64,000 nt of DNA, taken from an uncultured Candidatus Entotheonella sp. (GTDB lineage Bacteria > Tectomicrobia > Entotheonellia > Entotheonellales > Entotheonellaceae). The translations under genes were made by a program, and so were the position numbers. Position 1 is the stretch's first letter, and each line of letters begins with the position of its first letter. The notes beneath the pieces were generated by a model. It did not search any database and was not told the origin of the DNA. It was given only the letters and a program-made list of their open reading frames with translations. This document shows positions 38,889-49,455 of this stretch, in pieces. The stretch is taken from positions 864,001-928,000 of the forward strand of contig OZ244252.1 in assembly GCA_965217185.1 (NCBI GenBank). The letters run 5' to 3'.

Positions 38889-39734
38889 ATGCTTATTGGG
38901 GTACTGTGTTCTCGCATCCGGGTTGAGGAAAAGCTCTTGTTTGAGGCGTTCAAAGCCCAAGGAATGGCCTACGAAAAACTCGATGATCGGACGTTGATTT
39001 TCGACCTGCACGACCCCGCCCCGTTCCGCAAATACGACCTCATCCTCGAACGCGCCATTAACCACTCGCGCGCTCAATACGCCCTCCACATGCTCAACGA
39101 CTGGGGTGTCAAGACCGTCAACACCGCCCACACCGCCCACATCTGCGGCGACAAGGTCCTGACCACGCAGGCGCTGCGGCAGCACAACCTGCCGGTGCCG
39201 CGCAACTTGGTCGCCTTTACCCCGGAATCGGCTCTGGAGGCCATCGAACAACTCGGCTATCCCGTCGTCCTCAAGCCCTGTGTCGGGTCGTGGGGTCGCT
39301 TGGTGGCGAAGATCAACGACCGGCAGGCGGCGGAGGCGATACTTGAGCACAAGCAGATTCTGGGGTCGTATCACCATTCGATCTACTACATACAGGAATA
39401 TGTCGACAAGCCGGGCTACGACATTCGCTCTTTTGTCGTCGGCGACGAAACGATCTGCGCCATCTACCGCACCTCCGACCACTGGATTACCAACACGGCT
39501 CTGGGCGGCAAGGCGTCGAATTGCCCCGTCACGCCGGAGATCGATACTCTGTCGCGTGCCGCGGCCAAGGCCGTCGGCGGCGGCATGCTGGCGGTCGACC
39601 TGCTGGAAACGCCGGACGGCCTGTGGGTGAACGAGGTGAACTACACCATGGAGTTTCGCAACAGCATCGACACCACCGGCGTCGATATCCCGCGCAAGAT
39701 GGTCGAATATATTCGACGAGAGGCGTCGGCATGA
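38889..39734 (+). CDS. lysX: Alpha-aminoadipate--LysW ligase (ATP-grasp)
   Basis: [35 protein letters not shown] (LysX-type, not ArgX-type). Confidence 0.93.
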   Translation: MLIGVLCSRIRVEEKLLFEAFKAQGMAYEKLDDRTLIFDLHDPAPFRKYDLILERAINHSRAQYALHMLNDWGVKTVNTAHTAHICGDKVLTTQALRQHNLPVPRNLVAFTPESALEAIEQLGYPVVLKPCVGSWGRLVAKINDRQAAEAILEHKQILGSYHHSIYYIQEYVDKPGYDIRSFVVGDETICAIYRTSDHWITNTALGGKASNCPVTPEIDTLSRAAAKAVGGGMLAVDLLETPDGLWVNEVNYTMEFRNSIDTTGVDIPRKMVEYIRREASA

Positions 39735-40780
39735 GCCGCCTCACGGTTGCCGTGGCGGGAGGCTCGGGCTACATCGGCGGCGAGTTGGTGCGGCTGCTCC
39801 TGCAGCATCCGGCGGTGGAGCTGACGCAGGTCACCTCGGAAAGCAACCGGGGCAAATTCCTGCACCAGGTGCATCCCAACCTGCGCCAGCAGACACGCCT
39901 TAAATTTGTCCGCATGGACGAGTTGCAGGATTGCGACATTCTCTTTCTCGCCCTGCCCCACGGCATGACACAGAGTCGCCTGGACACCCTGCAAACCCTG
40001 AGCGACCGGATCATCGACCTGAGCAGCGATTTTCGGTTGCGGGACCCGCTTCTGTATAAAACTTGGTACGGACACGAGCATGCCTGCCCGGAACGACTGT
40101 CGTCATTCGTCTACGGCATTCCCGAATTGCACCGCGACGCCATCGCCGCCGCGACCCACGTCAGCGGCGCGGGTTGCCTGGCTACCGCCACCCTGCTCGG
40201 CCTTTATCCCCTTGCCCGTGCTGGCCTGCTGGCTTCTGATGCGCCGATTGTCGTCGAAGCCAAGGTCGGCTCCTCGGCCTCCGGCAACAAGCCCAGCCTC
40301 GCCTCGCATCACCCGGAACGCCACGGCGCCGTGCGTTCCTTCAAGCCCACGGGTCACCGCCACACCGCAGAGGTCATCCAGGAGTTGAGCGGCAACACGC
40401 CGCTGTCGGTGCATTTCTCGGCCACCGCCATTGAGATGGTGCGCGGCGTACTGACCACCTCGCACGTTTTCCTGGACCCGCCACTACGCGAGAACGATAT
40501 CCGAAGCCTGTATCGCGAGGCCTACAAGGACGAGCCCTTCATGCGCCTCGTGAAGGAAAAACAGGGGGCGTACCGCTACCCGGAACCGAAAATTATCAGC
40601 GGCTCCAATTTCTGCGATGTCGGCTTTGAGAGTGACCCGCACAGCGGCCGCGTTGTCGTCCTCTGCGCTCTGGATAATCTCGTCAAAGGCGGCGCCGGCA
40701 ACGGCGTGCAGGCCATGAACTGCATGCTGGGTCTCGACGAAGCCACCGGGCTGACCTTCCCCGGCTTGCATCCGGTGTGA
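39731..40780 (+). CDS. lysY: [LysW]-aminoadipate-6-phosphate reductase (ArgC family)
   Basis: [39 protein letters not shown] overlap with lysX. Confidence 0.92.
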   Translation: MSRLTVAVAGGSGYIGGELVRLLLQHPAVELTQVTSESNRGKFLHQVHPNLRQQTRLKFVRMDELQDCDILFLALPHGMTQSRLDTLQTLSDRIIDLSSDFRLRDPLLYKTWYGHEHACPERLSSFVYGIPELHRDAIAAATHVSGAGCLATATLLGLYPLARAGLLASDAPIVVEAKVGSSASGNKPSLASHHPERHGAVRSFKPTGHRHTAEVIQELSGNTPLSVHFSATAIEMVRGVLTTSHVFLDPPLRENDIRSLYREAYKDEPFMRLVKEKQGAYRYPEPKIISGSNFCDVGFESDPHSGRVVVLCALDNLVKGGAGNGVQAMNCMLGLDEATGLTFPGLHPV

Positions 40781-40885
40781 TGGGTGACGGAGCGGACTGA
40801 TCGGTGTTTTTCCACAGCAACGAGATGGGTTTCCGATGGTGACTCGCATCCAAGCGTACAGGGACCAAGAGAGGAGTTTTCTGCA

Positions 40886-41077
40886 ATGCAAACCGTAAAG
40901 TTTGTCTATTGGGAAGAGGACGGAGCGTGGATTGGCTATCTCCAGGATTACCCCGACTATTGGACCCAAGGCGAGACGCTGGATGACCTCCGAGAACACC
41001 TGCGAGACATTTATGACGACGTGACCAGTGGGGAGTTGCCTGGCATCCGCAAGGTCGATGAACTCGTCGTGCCGTGA
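40886..41077 (+). CDS. HicB-like antitoxin (short type)
   Basis: VYWEEDGAWIGYLQDYPDYWTQGETLDDLREHL; GAGGAG SD. Confidence 0.8.
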   Translation: MQTVKFVYWEEDGAWIGYLQDYPDYWTQGETLDDLREHLRDIYDDVTSGELPGIRKVDELVVP

Positions 41078-41205
41078 AGCGAGTCGATCTGATCAGAACC
41101 ATTGAGGGATTTGGTTGTATCCTCGTGCGACATGGCGGTAAGCACGAGCGGAAGAAGAAGGTCTCGCTCCAGACGCCATCGAAGAAATGTACCGTGACCT
41201 TGTGA
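41074..41205 (+). pseudogene. Truncated HicA toxin
   Basis: GTGA overlap with hicB; (M)KRVDLIRTIEGFGCILVRHGGKH, then similarity is lost. Confidence 0.7.
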
Positions 41206-41252
41206 ACTACTTTATTGAGGAAGAGTTGAAGGCTTGGAAGACAGAGACCTGA
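41148..41252 (+). pseudogene. 3' remnant of an isochorismate-pyruvate lyase/chorismate mutase (PchB-like) gene
   Basis: Different frame from hicA: AEEEGLAPDAIEEMYRDLVNYFIEEELKAWKTET*, resembling the PchB C-terminal helix. Confidence 0.55.
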
Positions 41253-41311
41253 AGTGGCGTGCCCTAATAAGGTGGCGTTGGAGTGACAGGAGCAGTTGCC
41301 TTCGTCTTACG

Positions 41312-41340
41312 TTGCACGGCATCTCATTGTGAGATACGGT
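41312..41340 (+). promoter_or_regulatory. higBA promoter with operator palindrome
   Basis: TTGCAC-17 nt-TACGGT; ATCTCA-TTG-TGAGAT palindrome at 41321-41335. Confidence 0.65.
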
Positions 41341-41347
41341 GCGTCCT

Positions 41348-41635
41348 ATGCATGTTATCTCTCGCAAAGCGCTACGTGAATTTTGGCAACAGTACCCCGA
41401 CAGCGAAAGCGCCCTCTCCCGCTGGTTCAAAATCATGCAACGGAGTGATTTCAACAGTTTTGATGCCCTACGTACCACCTTCCCATCCGCTGACAAAGTG
41501 GGGGACTTCATCGTATTCAACATTGGAGGCAACAAATATCGGCTCATTGCTTCCATCCATTTCAATCGCGGCAAGGTTTACATCCGTCACCTGCTAACCC
41601 ACCGTGACTATGAGCGAGAGGCGTGGAAACGATGA
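41348..41635 (+). CDS. higB: HigB toxin (RelE superfamily)
   Basis: MHVISRKALREFW, FPSADKVG, VFNIGGNKYRLI, LTHRDY. Confidence 0.92.
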   Translation: MHVISRKALREFWQQYPDSESALSRWFKIMQRSDFNSFDALRTTFPSADKVGDFIVFNIGGNKYRLIASIHFNRGKVYIRHLLTHRDYEREAWKR

Positions 41636-42030
41636 CTGCTATCAGACAGGACATTCCCAAACACTGGACCGCGATTAGCCCGCTCCTGACTGTTCGCAAT
41701 GAGCAGGAATACGATCTGGCCGTCGAACGGCTCAACGGTTTGCTTGATGAAATCGGTACCAACGAGCAGCATCCGCTTTATACGCTGTTGGATACACTTG
41801 GCACTGTGCTCCATGTCTACGAGGAAGAACACCATCCCATGCCAGAGTGTAGTGGTGCGGTCATGCTGAACTTCCTTATGGATGAGCACGGCCTGACTCA
41901 ATCAGACCTGCCAGAGGTCGGTTCACAAGGGGTGGTCTCTGAAGTTTTGCATGGTAAACGGGAATTGAATGTCAGACAGATTCGGGCCTTGTCAAAACGG
42001 TTCAACGTATCGCCAGCGGTGTTTATCTAA
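41632..42030 (+). CDS. higA: HigA antitoxin (HTH)
   Basis: LMDEHGLTQSDLPEVGSQGVVSEVLHGKRELNVRQIRALSKRF; ATGA overlap with higB. Confidence 0.92.
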   Translation: MTAIRQDIPKHWTAISPLLTVRNEQEYDLAVERLNGLLDEIGTNEQHPLYTLLDTLGTVLHVYEEEHHPMPECSGAVMLNFLMDEHGLTQSDLPEVGSQGVVSEVLHGKRELNVRQIRALSKRFNVSPAVFI

Positions 42031-42049
42031 CCACTCATAAGGAAACGCA

Positions 42050-42853
42050 ATGCTCGTTGTAAAAGTCGGTGGCGGCGAGGGCATTCCCATCGATGCCGTG
42101 TGCCAGGACGTGCGGGACCTCACGCAAGAGGGCGAGCGGCTGATTCTCGTGCACGGCGCCAGCCATGAGACGAACGTGCTCTCTGAGGCTCTGGGCAAGC
42201 CGCCGCGCTTCGTCACCTCGGTGTCGGGCATGCAGAGCCGCTACACCGACCGCGAGACGCTGATGCTGTTCTGCATGGCCTACGTCGGCAAGCTGAACAA
42301 GCTGTTCGTCGAGCGCCTGCAGCAGCTCGGGGTCAACGCCGTCGGACTGTGCGGGGCCGACGGTCGCAGTATGGAAGGCACGCGCAAGGCGGCCATCAAG
42401 GTCGTCGAGGACGGCAAGCGCCGGGTGCTGCGCGACGATTTCACGGGACGCGTCGAGCGGATCAATACCGGCCTTCTCGCCCTGCTGTTGGACAACGGCT
42501 ACACGCCGGTCCTGTGCCCGCCCGCGCTGAGTTACGAAAGCGAGATCATCAACGTCGACGGCGACCGCGCCGCCGCCGTTCTGGCGGTTGCCTGCAAGGC
42601 CGAAACCTTGGTCATGCTGTCGAACGTGCCGGGTCTGCTGCGCGATCTCGACGACACCGATTCCCTTGTCCGGCGCGTTGAACGAGACCAGCTTGACGCC
42701 GCCATGGACATCGCCCAGGGGCGCATGAAAAAGAAGGTCATGGGCGCGCGGGAGGCGCTGGAAGGCGGCGTCGGCACGGTCATCCTGGGCGACGCCCGCT
42801 TGGAACAACCCATCCGCCGGGCGCTGCAGGGGTGCGGCACGGTATTGCGTTGA
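42050..42853 (+). CDS. lysZ: [LysW]-aminoadipate kinase (ArgB family)
   Basis: VVKVGG, LVHGAS, SRYTD, NVDGDRAAA, GRMKKKV. Confidence 0.92.
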   Translation: MLVVKVGGGEGIPIDAVCQDVRDLTQEGERLILVHGASHETNVLSEALGKPPRFVTSVSGMQSRYTDRETLMLFCMAYVGKLNKLFVERLQQLGVNAVGLCGADGRSMEGTRKAAIKVVEDGKRRVLRDDFTGRVERINTGLLALLLDNGYTPVLCPPALSYESEIINVDGDRAAAVLAVACKAETLVMLSNVPGLLRDLDDTDSLVRRVERDQLDAAMDIAQGRMKKKVMGAREALEGGVGTVILGDARLEQPIRRALQGCGTVLR

Positions 42854-42864
42854 AGGGAGTTGGA

Positions 42865-44043
42865 ATGGACCGGGTGCAGGACATCGAAGAACGTTACTCA
42901 ACCGGCGTGTATGCCAAGCGCGGCGTCACGATCGTGCGCGGCGAGGGCACCCGCCTGTGGGATGCCGAGGGCACCGAATACATCGACTGCGCCAGCGGTA
43001 TGGGGGTGGCCAGCGTCGGCCACGCGCATCCCAGGGTCGCGGAAGCGCTGGCCCAACAGGCCCGGACGCTTATCACCTGCCCCGAGCTGTTTTACAACGA
43101 CCGCCGCGCCGCCCTGCTGGGAAAGCTGGCCACCGTCACCCCACCTGGCCTCGATCGCATCTTTTTATGCAACTCCGGCACCGAGGCGATTGAAGGCGCC
43201 CTGAAATTCGCCCGCGCCAGCACGAGAAAGAATGGCGTGGTGGCGGCCACCCGGGGATATCACGGCCGCACCCTGGGCGCCCTGGCGGCGACGTGGGACC
43301 CGAAGCACCGCGAGGTCGCCGGCCTGCTGCCCGAGGGCTACCGGCACGTACCCTACGATAAGCTGGCGGCGCTCGAAGAGGCGATGGACGACGACACCGC
43401 AGCGGTCCTCTTGGAGGTCGTGCAGGGTGAAGGCGGCGTGCGTCCGGCGAGCGCGGAATACTTGCAGGGCGCCCAGGCGCTTTGCCGGCACCGGGGCGTT
43501 CTGTTGATCATCGACGAAGTCCAGACGGGCTTCGGTCGTACCGGCAAGTTCTTCGCTTGCGAGCATTACGGCTTGGAGCCGGATATTCTCGCCATGGCCA
43601 AAGCGATGGCCGGCGGGCTGCCTATGGGGGCCTTTGCCATCAGCGAACGGGTTGGGCAAATCCCAAAGGGCCTGCACAGCTCGACGTTCGGCGGCAATCC
43701 CCTCGCCTGCGCCGTCGCCGCCACCGTGATTGACATCTTGCAGGAACAACGCCTGCCCGAGCATGCCGCGGAAACCGGTCGATACTTCGCCGACAGCCTG
43801 CGCGCTTTGCAGGCGCCCCAGATGCGCGACGTGCGCGGCCTCGGCCTCATGATCGGAATGGAATTGAAAGAGAAAGTCGCGCCGCACTTGCGGGCCCTGA
43901 TGGCGCGCGGCGTGCTGGCTCTGGCGGCCGGCGCCACGGTGCTGCGCTTTCTGCCGCCTTTGACGATCAGCCGCGACGAGGTCGATATGGTGGTAACGCA
44001 GGTGGCGGACGTTCTCCGTGCTGGGAAGGGACAGAAATCATGA
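42865..44043 (+). CDS. lysJ: [LysW]-aminoadipate semialdehyde transaminase (ArgD family)
   Basis: [42 protein letters not shown]. Confidence 0.9.
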   Translation: MDRVQDIEERYSTGVYAKRGVTIVRGEGTRLWDAEGTEYIDCASGMGVASVGHAHPRVAEALAQQARTLITCPELFYNDRRAALLGKLATVTPPGLDRIFLCNSGTEAIEGALKFARASTRKNGVVAATRGYHGRTLGALAATWDPKHREVAGLLPEGYRHVPYDKLAALEEAMDDDTAAVLLEVVQGEGGVRPASAEYLQGAQALCRHRGVLLIIDEVQTGFGRTGKFFACEHYGLEPDILAMAKAMAGGLPMGAFAISERVGQIPKGLHSSTFGGNPLACAVAATVIDILQEQRLPEHAAETGRYFADSLRALQAPQMRDVRGLGLMIGMELKEKVAPHLRALMARGVLALAAGATVLRFLPPLTISRDEVDMVVTQVADVLRAGKGQKS

Positions 44044-45425
44044 GACGCACGCGGGTTCTCGAGGCACTGAACAGCGCGCAGGCAACGGACGCCATTCTGG
44101 TCAAGGGCTGGGTGCGCACTCGGCGCGATGCGAAGGGATTGTCGTTTCTGGAACTCAATGACGGCTCGTGCCTGAAGAATCTGCAGGTCATTGTCGATGC
44201 CGTCACGCCCGCTGCCGCGGCCCTGGAAACGATCACCACCGGCGCCGCGGTCGAGGTCGAGGGCGCATTGGTCGCCTCGCCTGGCAAGAATCAGCAATGG
44301 GAAGTGCACGCCAGTGCCCTTCGGCTGCTGGGCGGCGCCGACCCGGATACCTACCCGTTGCAGAAAAAACGCCACACCGACGAGTTTTTGCGCGCCATCG
44401 CGCATCTCCGCCCGCGTACCAACAAGTACGGCGCCCTGTTCCGTATCCGCTCCGAAACGGCCTTTGCCGTGCACCAGTTCTTCCGCCAACGCGGCTTTCA
44501 TCACCTGCACGCCCCCATCATTACCGGCTCGGATTGCGAGGGAGCCGGCGAGATGTTTCGCGTCACCACCCTGCCCTTTTCCCCGCCGTCCGGCACTCCG
44601 GAGCGGCCGGACGTGGCGGACGACTTTTTCGGCAAGGAAGCCAACCTCACCGTGTCCGGGCAACTGGAGGCCGAGCTGTTCGCCTGCGCGCTGGGCAACG
44701 TGTACACCTTCGGGCCGACGTTCCGGGCGGAAAATTCCAACACCCCGCGGCACGCTGCCGAGTTCTGGATGATCGAGCCGGAAATGGCGTTCGCCGATCT
44801 GGAAGACGACATGGACCTGGGCGAGGACCTCGTGAAGAGCCTGGTGAACCATGTCCTGGTGGAGTGCGCCGCTGACCTGGAGTTGTTCGCTCGCTTTGTC
44901 GATCCCGACCTGATGGCGAACCTGCGCACCATTGCCGAGGAATCCTACGTGCGCATGCCGTACAGCGAGGCCATCGCTGTCCTGCAGCGTTCAGGCAAGT
45001 CGTTCCAGTTTCCGGTTGAATACGGGGTGGATTTGCAAACCGAGCACGAACGTTACCTGACGGAGGAGTACTGCAAGAAGCCGGTGATGGTGCACGACTA
45101 CCCCAGGGAGATTAAATCCTTTTACATGCGTCTGAACGACGACGGCCAGACGGTGGCGGCCATGGACCTGCTGGTGCCGCGCATCGGTGAGCTTATCGGG
45201 GGGAGTCAGCGTGAGGAGCGCTTGGAGGTGCTCGAACGGCGCCTCGACGAGTTTGGCCTGCGGCCGGAAGACTATTGGTGGTATCTCGACATCCGACGTT
45301 TCGGCACGACCCCGCATGCCGGTTTCGGGCTGGGCTTTGAACGCTTTCTGATGATGGTCACCGGCGTCACGAACATCCGCGACGTCATCCCCTTCCCTCG
45401 CACACCCAAGCACCTGGAGTTCTGA
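44040..45425 (+). CDS. asnS: Asparagine--tRNA ligase
   Basis: [44 protein letters not shown] overlap with lysJ. Confidence 0.96.
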   Translation: MRRTRVLEALNSAQATDAILVKGWVRTRRDAKGLSFLELNDGSCLKNLQVIVDAVTPAAAALETITTGAAVEVEGALVASPGKNQQWEVHASALRLLGGADPDTYPLQKKRHTDEFLRAIAHLRPRTNKYGALFRIRSETAFAVHQFFRQRGFHHLHAPIITGSDCEGAGEMFRVTTLPFSPPSGTPERPDVADDFFGKEANLTVSGQLEAELFACALGNVYTFGPTFRAENSNTPRHAAEFWMIEPEMAFADLEDDMDLGEDLVKSLVNHVLVECAADLELFARFVDPDLMANLRTIAEESYVRMPYSEAIAVLQRSGKSFQFPVEYGVDLQTEHERYLTEEYCKKPVMVHDYPREIKSFYMRLNDDGQTVAAMDLLVPRIGELIGGSQREERLEVLERRLDEFGLRPEDYWWYLDIRRFGTTPHAGFGLGFERFLMMVTGVTNIRDVIPFPRTPKHLEF

Positions 45426-45439
45426 CCAGCCAAGCCGGT

Positions 45440-47725
45440 CTACGACGCACGAAACGTCAGCGCCAAGTCGTTCTTCCTCACCTTGGCGACCGCTCGGCCT
45501 CCCTCTTGCAGGTCCCCGAACAGAATCGCTTCCGACAACGGCTCCGTGATGCGCTGCTGGATCAACCGAGCCATCGGGCGGGCGCCGTGGAAGCGGTCGA
45601 AACCTTCCTGCGCCAGCCAGTGCCGCGCCGCGTCCGTCAGGTCCAGGCTCACCTGCTTCTCGACAAGCTTGCCGCGCAGCTCGTCGATAAACTTGTCAAC
45701 CACACGCTCCACGTCCGCTAAGGCAAGCGCGTTGAACTGAATCCAGGCGTCGAGGCGATTGCGGAACTCAGGGCTGAAGGTGCGCTCAATCGCGGTCTTG
45801 GCTTTCGCTGCCGTTCTACCCGGGTCGCCGTCACTGCGTTTCGCGCCGGTGGCACGAAAGCCGATCTCCTCGCTGGCGATTTCACGGGCGCCGGCGTTGG
45901 TAGTCATGATGACGATGACGTTGCGGAAGTCCGCCTTCTTGCCGTTGTTGTCCGTCAGGGTGGCGTGGTCCATCACCTGCAACAGCAGGTTGAACACGTC
46001 GGGATGCGCCTTCTCGATCTCGTCCAGTATCAGAACGGCGTGCGGCGTTTTCACGACGGCGTCGGTCAGCAGCCCGCCCTGGTCGAAGCCGACGTAACCC
46101 GGCGGCGCCCCGATCAGGCGCGACACGGTGTGTTTCTCCATATACTCGCTCATGTCGAAGCGAATGAAGCTGACACCGAGTACAGCGGCGAGTTGCCTGG
46201 CGAGCTCGGTCTTGCCCACCCCGGTGGGTCCGGCAAACAGAAACGAGCCGATCGGTTTCGTTGCCGCGCCCAGCCCGGAGCGCGACAGCTTCACCGCCCT
46301 GACGACCCGCCCAATGGCGTGGTCCTGCCCGTAAATGACGCCCTTCAGCCCCTTTTCCAAATTGGCGAGACGGTCTTTGTCCGAACCCGACACGGAGCGG
46401 GCGGGAATTCTGGCCATGCCGGCGACCACTCCCTCGATGTCCGATACGGTAATCTCCATGCCAACCCGTTCGCCCTCAGGCAGGAGCTTCACCGCCGCAC
46501 CCGCTTCGTCAATCACGTCGATGGCCTTGTCCGGCAGAAAGCGGTCGGCGATGTGCTTGGCGGACAGTTCAGCCGCCGCTGCCAGGGCCTCATCGCTGTA
46601 CGTGATGCCGTGATGGCTCTCGTAATAACCCCGCAGCCCATGCAGGATGCGTTCGGTATCCGCCACGGAAGGCTCGTCGATGTCGATCTTCTGAAACCGC
46701 CGGCCGAGCGCCTTGTCGCGTTCGAAGGAGGCTTTGTATTCGGGAAAGGTGGTCGAGCCGATGCACCGCAATTCGCCGCCGGCCAAGGCGGGCTTGAGCA
46801 GGTTCGAGGCGTCCATCATGCCGCCCTCCACCGCGCCGGCGCGCACGATGGTGTGGATTTCGTCGATGAACAGAATGGCGCCCGGTTTGTCACGCAGCGC
46901 TTTGAGGACGGCTTTGAGGCGCTGCTCGAACTGGCCGCGGTACTGGGCACCGGCGATGAGCGCGCCCAAATCGAGGGCGTAAACCTCAACGTCGCGTAGG
47001 GCTTCCGGGACCTCGCCGCGTTGAATCTTGAGGGCCAAGCCCTCGGCGACCGCCGTTTTGCCGACGCCCGGCTCGCCGACGTACACCGGGTTGTTCTTGC
47101 GGCGGCGGCACAATACCTGAATGGTGCGTTTGATTTCCGCCTCGCGTCCGATGAGCGGGTCGATGCCGTTCTTCTCGGCCAGCTCGATCAGATTGACCGT
47201 AAAGGCGGCCAACGGATCGCGCGCCGGGCGTTCGGCGCCGGCCTGGCCGTCGGGAGTTGCGGGCTCCGCTGCGTCGTCCTCTTCCTCAACGTCGCGTTTG
47301 GAAATGCCGTGGGAAATGTAATTCAGAACATCCAACTTGCTGATGCCCTGATTGGCCAGCAGGTAAACGGCGTGCGAGCGCGTTTCCTGAAACATCGCCG
47401 CCAGGACGTTGCCGCCGTCAATCGCCGGCTGGCCCGAGCCCTGCGCTTGCAGCAACGCGCGCTGCAGAACGCGCTCGAATGCGGCCGTCGGCTCCGGCGC
47501 CGCCTGGACCCCGGCGGGCAAGGGCTGCAAGTGCTCCGCCATGAATGCCTCCAAGGCGCGCCTGAGTTGCGCAACATCACCCCCGCAGTGGTGGATCACG
47601 TTCTGGCTGGTGGGGTCATCGAGCAATGCGTGCAGGATGTGCTCTAGCGTGATGTATTCGTGATGCTGCCGCGCCGCCGCGTGGCTGGCTGCTCGGAGCG
47701 AGCGTTGCAGTTCATGCGTCAGCAT
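45440..47725 (-). CDS. clpA: ATP-dependent Clp protease ATPase ClpA
   Basis: [27 protein letters not shown] loop; no M-domain. Confidence 0.96.
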   Translation of the reverse strand: MLTHELQRSLRAASHAAARQHHEYITLEHILHALLDDPTSQNVIHHCGGDVAQLRRALEAFMAEHLQPLPAGVQAAPEPTAAFERVLQRALLQAQGSGQPAIDGGNVLAAMFQETRSHAVYLLANQGISKLDVLNYISHGISKRDVEEEDDAAEPATPDGQAGAERPARDPLAAFTVNLIELAEKNGIDPLIGREAEIKRTIQVLCRRRKNNPVYVGEPGVGKTAVAEGLALKIQRGEVPEALRDVEVYALDLGALIAGAQYRGQFEQRLKAVLKALRDKPGAILFIDEIHTIVRAGAVEGGMMDASNLLKPALAGGELRCIGSTTFPEYKASFERDKALGRRFQKIDIDEPSVADTERILHGLRGYYESHHGITYSDEALAAAAELSAKHIADRFLPDKAIDVIDEAGAAVKLLPEGERVGMEITVSDIEGVVAGMARIPARSVSGSDKDRLANLEKGLKGVIYGQDHAIGRVVRAVKLSRSGLGAATKPIGSFLFAGPTGVGKTELARQLAAVLGVSFIRFDMSEYMEKHTVSRLIGAPPGYVGFDQGGLLTDAVVKTPHAVLILDEIEKAHPDVFNLLLQVMDHATLTDNNGKKADFRNVIVIMTTNAGAREIASEEIGFRATGAKRSDGDPGRTAAKAKTAIERTFSPEFRNRLDAWIQFNALALADVERVVDKFIDELRGKLVEKQVSLDLTDAARHWLAQEGFDRFHGARPMARLIQQRITEPLSEAILFGDLQEGGRAVAKVRKNDLALTFRAS

Positions 47726-47762
47726 CGTGTGGTAGTCCGTGTGCCGCTTCCGGCCATCATGC

Positions 47763-48092
47763 TTACTCCTGTTCGAGGGTGCACAGCAGCGGATAATCCT
47801 GTGCCCCGGCGAGTTCCGTGACCTTGTTCACTTTGGCCTCGGCGATTTCGTAAGGGTAGACGCCCGCCACGCCGACGCCCTGATGATGCACCGCCAGCAT
47901 GATCTGCAGCGCGTCCGGCTCCGGGCGGTGAAAAACGTACTGCAGAATGTCGACCACGAATTCCATGGTGGTGAAGTCGTCGTTGTGCAGCAGGACTTTG
48001 AACAAGGGCGGTTTTTCGATCTGCTTGGCGGTCTCGGCGAGCGTCCCGACGCCGTGGCCGGGGGTGCCGTCTTCTTCCCAATCCGGCATCAT
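47763..48092 (-). CDS. clpS: Clp adaptor ClpS
   Basis: KVLLHNDDFTTMEFVV, MLAVHHQG, YEIAEAK, YPLLCTLE. Confidence 0.96.
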   Translation of the reverse strand: MMPDWEEDGTPGHGVGTLAETAKQIEKPPLFKVLLHNDDFTTMEFVVDILQYVFHRPEPDALQIMLAVHHQGVGVAGVYPYEIAEAKVNKVTELAGAQDYPLLCTLEQE

Positions 48093-48220
48093 CAAACCTC
48101 CAGGTTGTGGCCTTAAGCGGCGGGAATTCTTGCAGGCGCGAGGCAAAATTTCAACCGCCCGCACCCCATGCTATGATGCCGCGCTTGCCATCGAAACCCC
48201 TTAACCGAAGGAGGCGCGAC

Positions 48221-49159
48221 ATGCAGTTTGGCCTGGGATTGCCCCACAGCGGGGACGGCGTTCAGGGCGCCAAAATCATCGAGTTTGCTCAACGCGCCGA
48301 GGCGCTTGGCTTTGAATCGCTGTGGTGCGGCGACCATATTCTACTGCCCACCGCAGGTACCAACCAGTATCCCTACACGGCTGACGGCTCATTTCCTCGC
48401 GATGCGAGCGTCGGCTTCCTGGAAACCCTCAGCGTGCTGTGTTACGTGGCCGCGGTCACCGAGCGCATCCGCCTGGGCAGCACGGTCATCATTCTGCCCT
48501 ACCGCAACCCCATCGTGCAGGCCAAGGTGTTTGCCACCCTGGACGTGTTGAGCGGCGGCCGGGCGATCTGCGGGGTCGGCGTCGGCTGGCTCGAAAAGGA
48601 GTTCCAGAGCCTCGGGGTTCCATACGCCGAGCGCGGGCCCATGAGCGACGAATTCCTCCGCATCTTCCACACGTTATGGAATGACGAGCACCCGGAATTT
48701 CACGGCAAATTCTATCAGTTCGATGGCATGCAGTTTCAGCCCAAGCCGGTCCAGAACCCCCTGCCCATCTGGGTCGGCGGCCATAGCCGGCGCGCCATCC
48801 GACGCACCATCGCGTACGGCCAGGCTTGGCACCCGACGCGCCAGACACCCGCCTACGTACTCGAATACCTCCCTTATTTGCGCGAAGAGGCGGAACGCGC
48901 CGGCCGCGACCCGGACAGCATCACCATTTCCCTCAAGCGCAGCCTCCACATCACCGACATCGGCCTGACCGGCGAGGCCGCCTTCCGTTCCGGTAACGCT
49001 CTGATCGGCGCCACGCAGGACATTATTGACGATGCCCGCCGCTGCCAGGACATGGGCATTCACCAACTCACCTACGACTTTCGCACCGACGACGTCGCGC
49101 AGCAGATCGCCATCATCGAGCAGATCGCCGACCGTGTGATGCCAACCGTAGCGGCGTGA
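48221..49159 (+). CDS. LLM-class (probably F420-dependent) oxidoreductase
   Basis: AEALGFESLWCGDH, ATLDVLSGGR, GVGWLEKEF, PKPVQNPLPIWVGG; AAGGAGG SD. Confidence 0.88.
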   Translation: MQFGLGLPHSGDGVQGAKIIEFAQRAEALGFESLWCGDHILLPTAGTNQYPYTADGSFPRDASVGFLETLSVLCYVAAVTERIRLGSTVIILPYRNPIVQAKVFATLDVLSGGRAICGVGVGWLEKEFQSLGVPYAERGPMSDEFLRIFHTLWNDEHPEFHGKFYQFDGMQFQPKPVQNPLPIWVGGHSRRAIRRTIAYGQAWHPTRQTPAYVLEYLPYLREEAERAGRDPDSITISLKRSLHITDIGLTGEAAFRSGNALIGATQDIIDDARRCQDMGIHQLTYDFRTDDVAQQIAIIEQIADRVMPTVAA

Positions 49160-49214
49160 TCCGGCTGTCACGAATCCCTCCCCGCGACCTGTCGTGGCTG
49201 GTGTTTACGCTAAT

Positions 49215-49259
49215 TTTACTATGTGGCACGGAATTATATGTTCCGTGCCACATAGTAAA
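49215..49259. repeat. Perfect 19-bp inverted repeat with 7-nt spacer
   Basis: TTTACTATGTGGCACGGAA-TTATATG-TTCCGTGCCACATAGTAAA. Confidence 0.9.
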
Positions 49260-49455
49260 CACGCCAAAATATGAGCCATGAACGACAAACGACCCGCGCC
49301 TTGCCTGTCGGCGTTCAGATGGGGTCCTCGTCGCCTTTGTTTGGTGGGAGCGAACGGACTCCTTTCGCAGTAATCGCCGACGGCCTTCCCATGGCCACGC
49401 ACAAAAGGAATACAGTTCTCCAAGCCGTAATCTTTGAAATGATGAGTCGTCGATC

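Noticed and set aside
49223..49251. TGGCACG on both strands as sigma-54 promoters
   Set aside because: The -12 TTGC is absent at the required spacing (TATA / ATAT instead)
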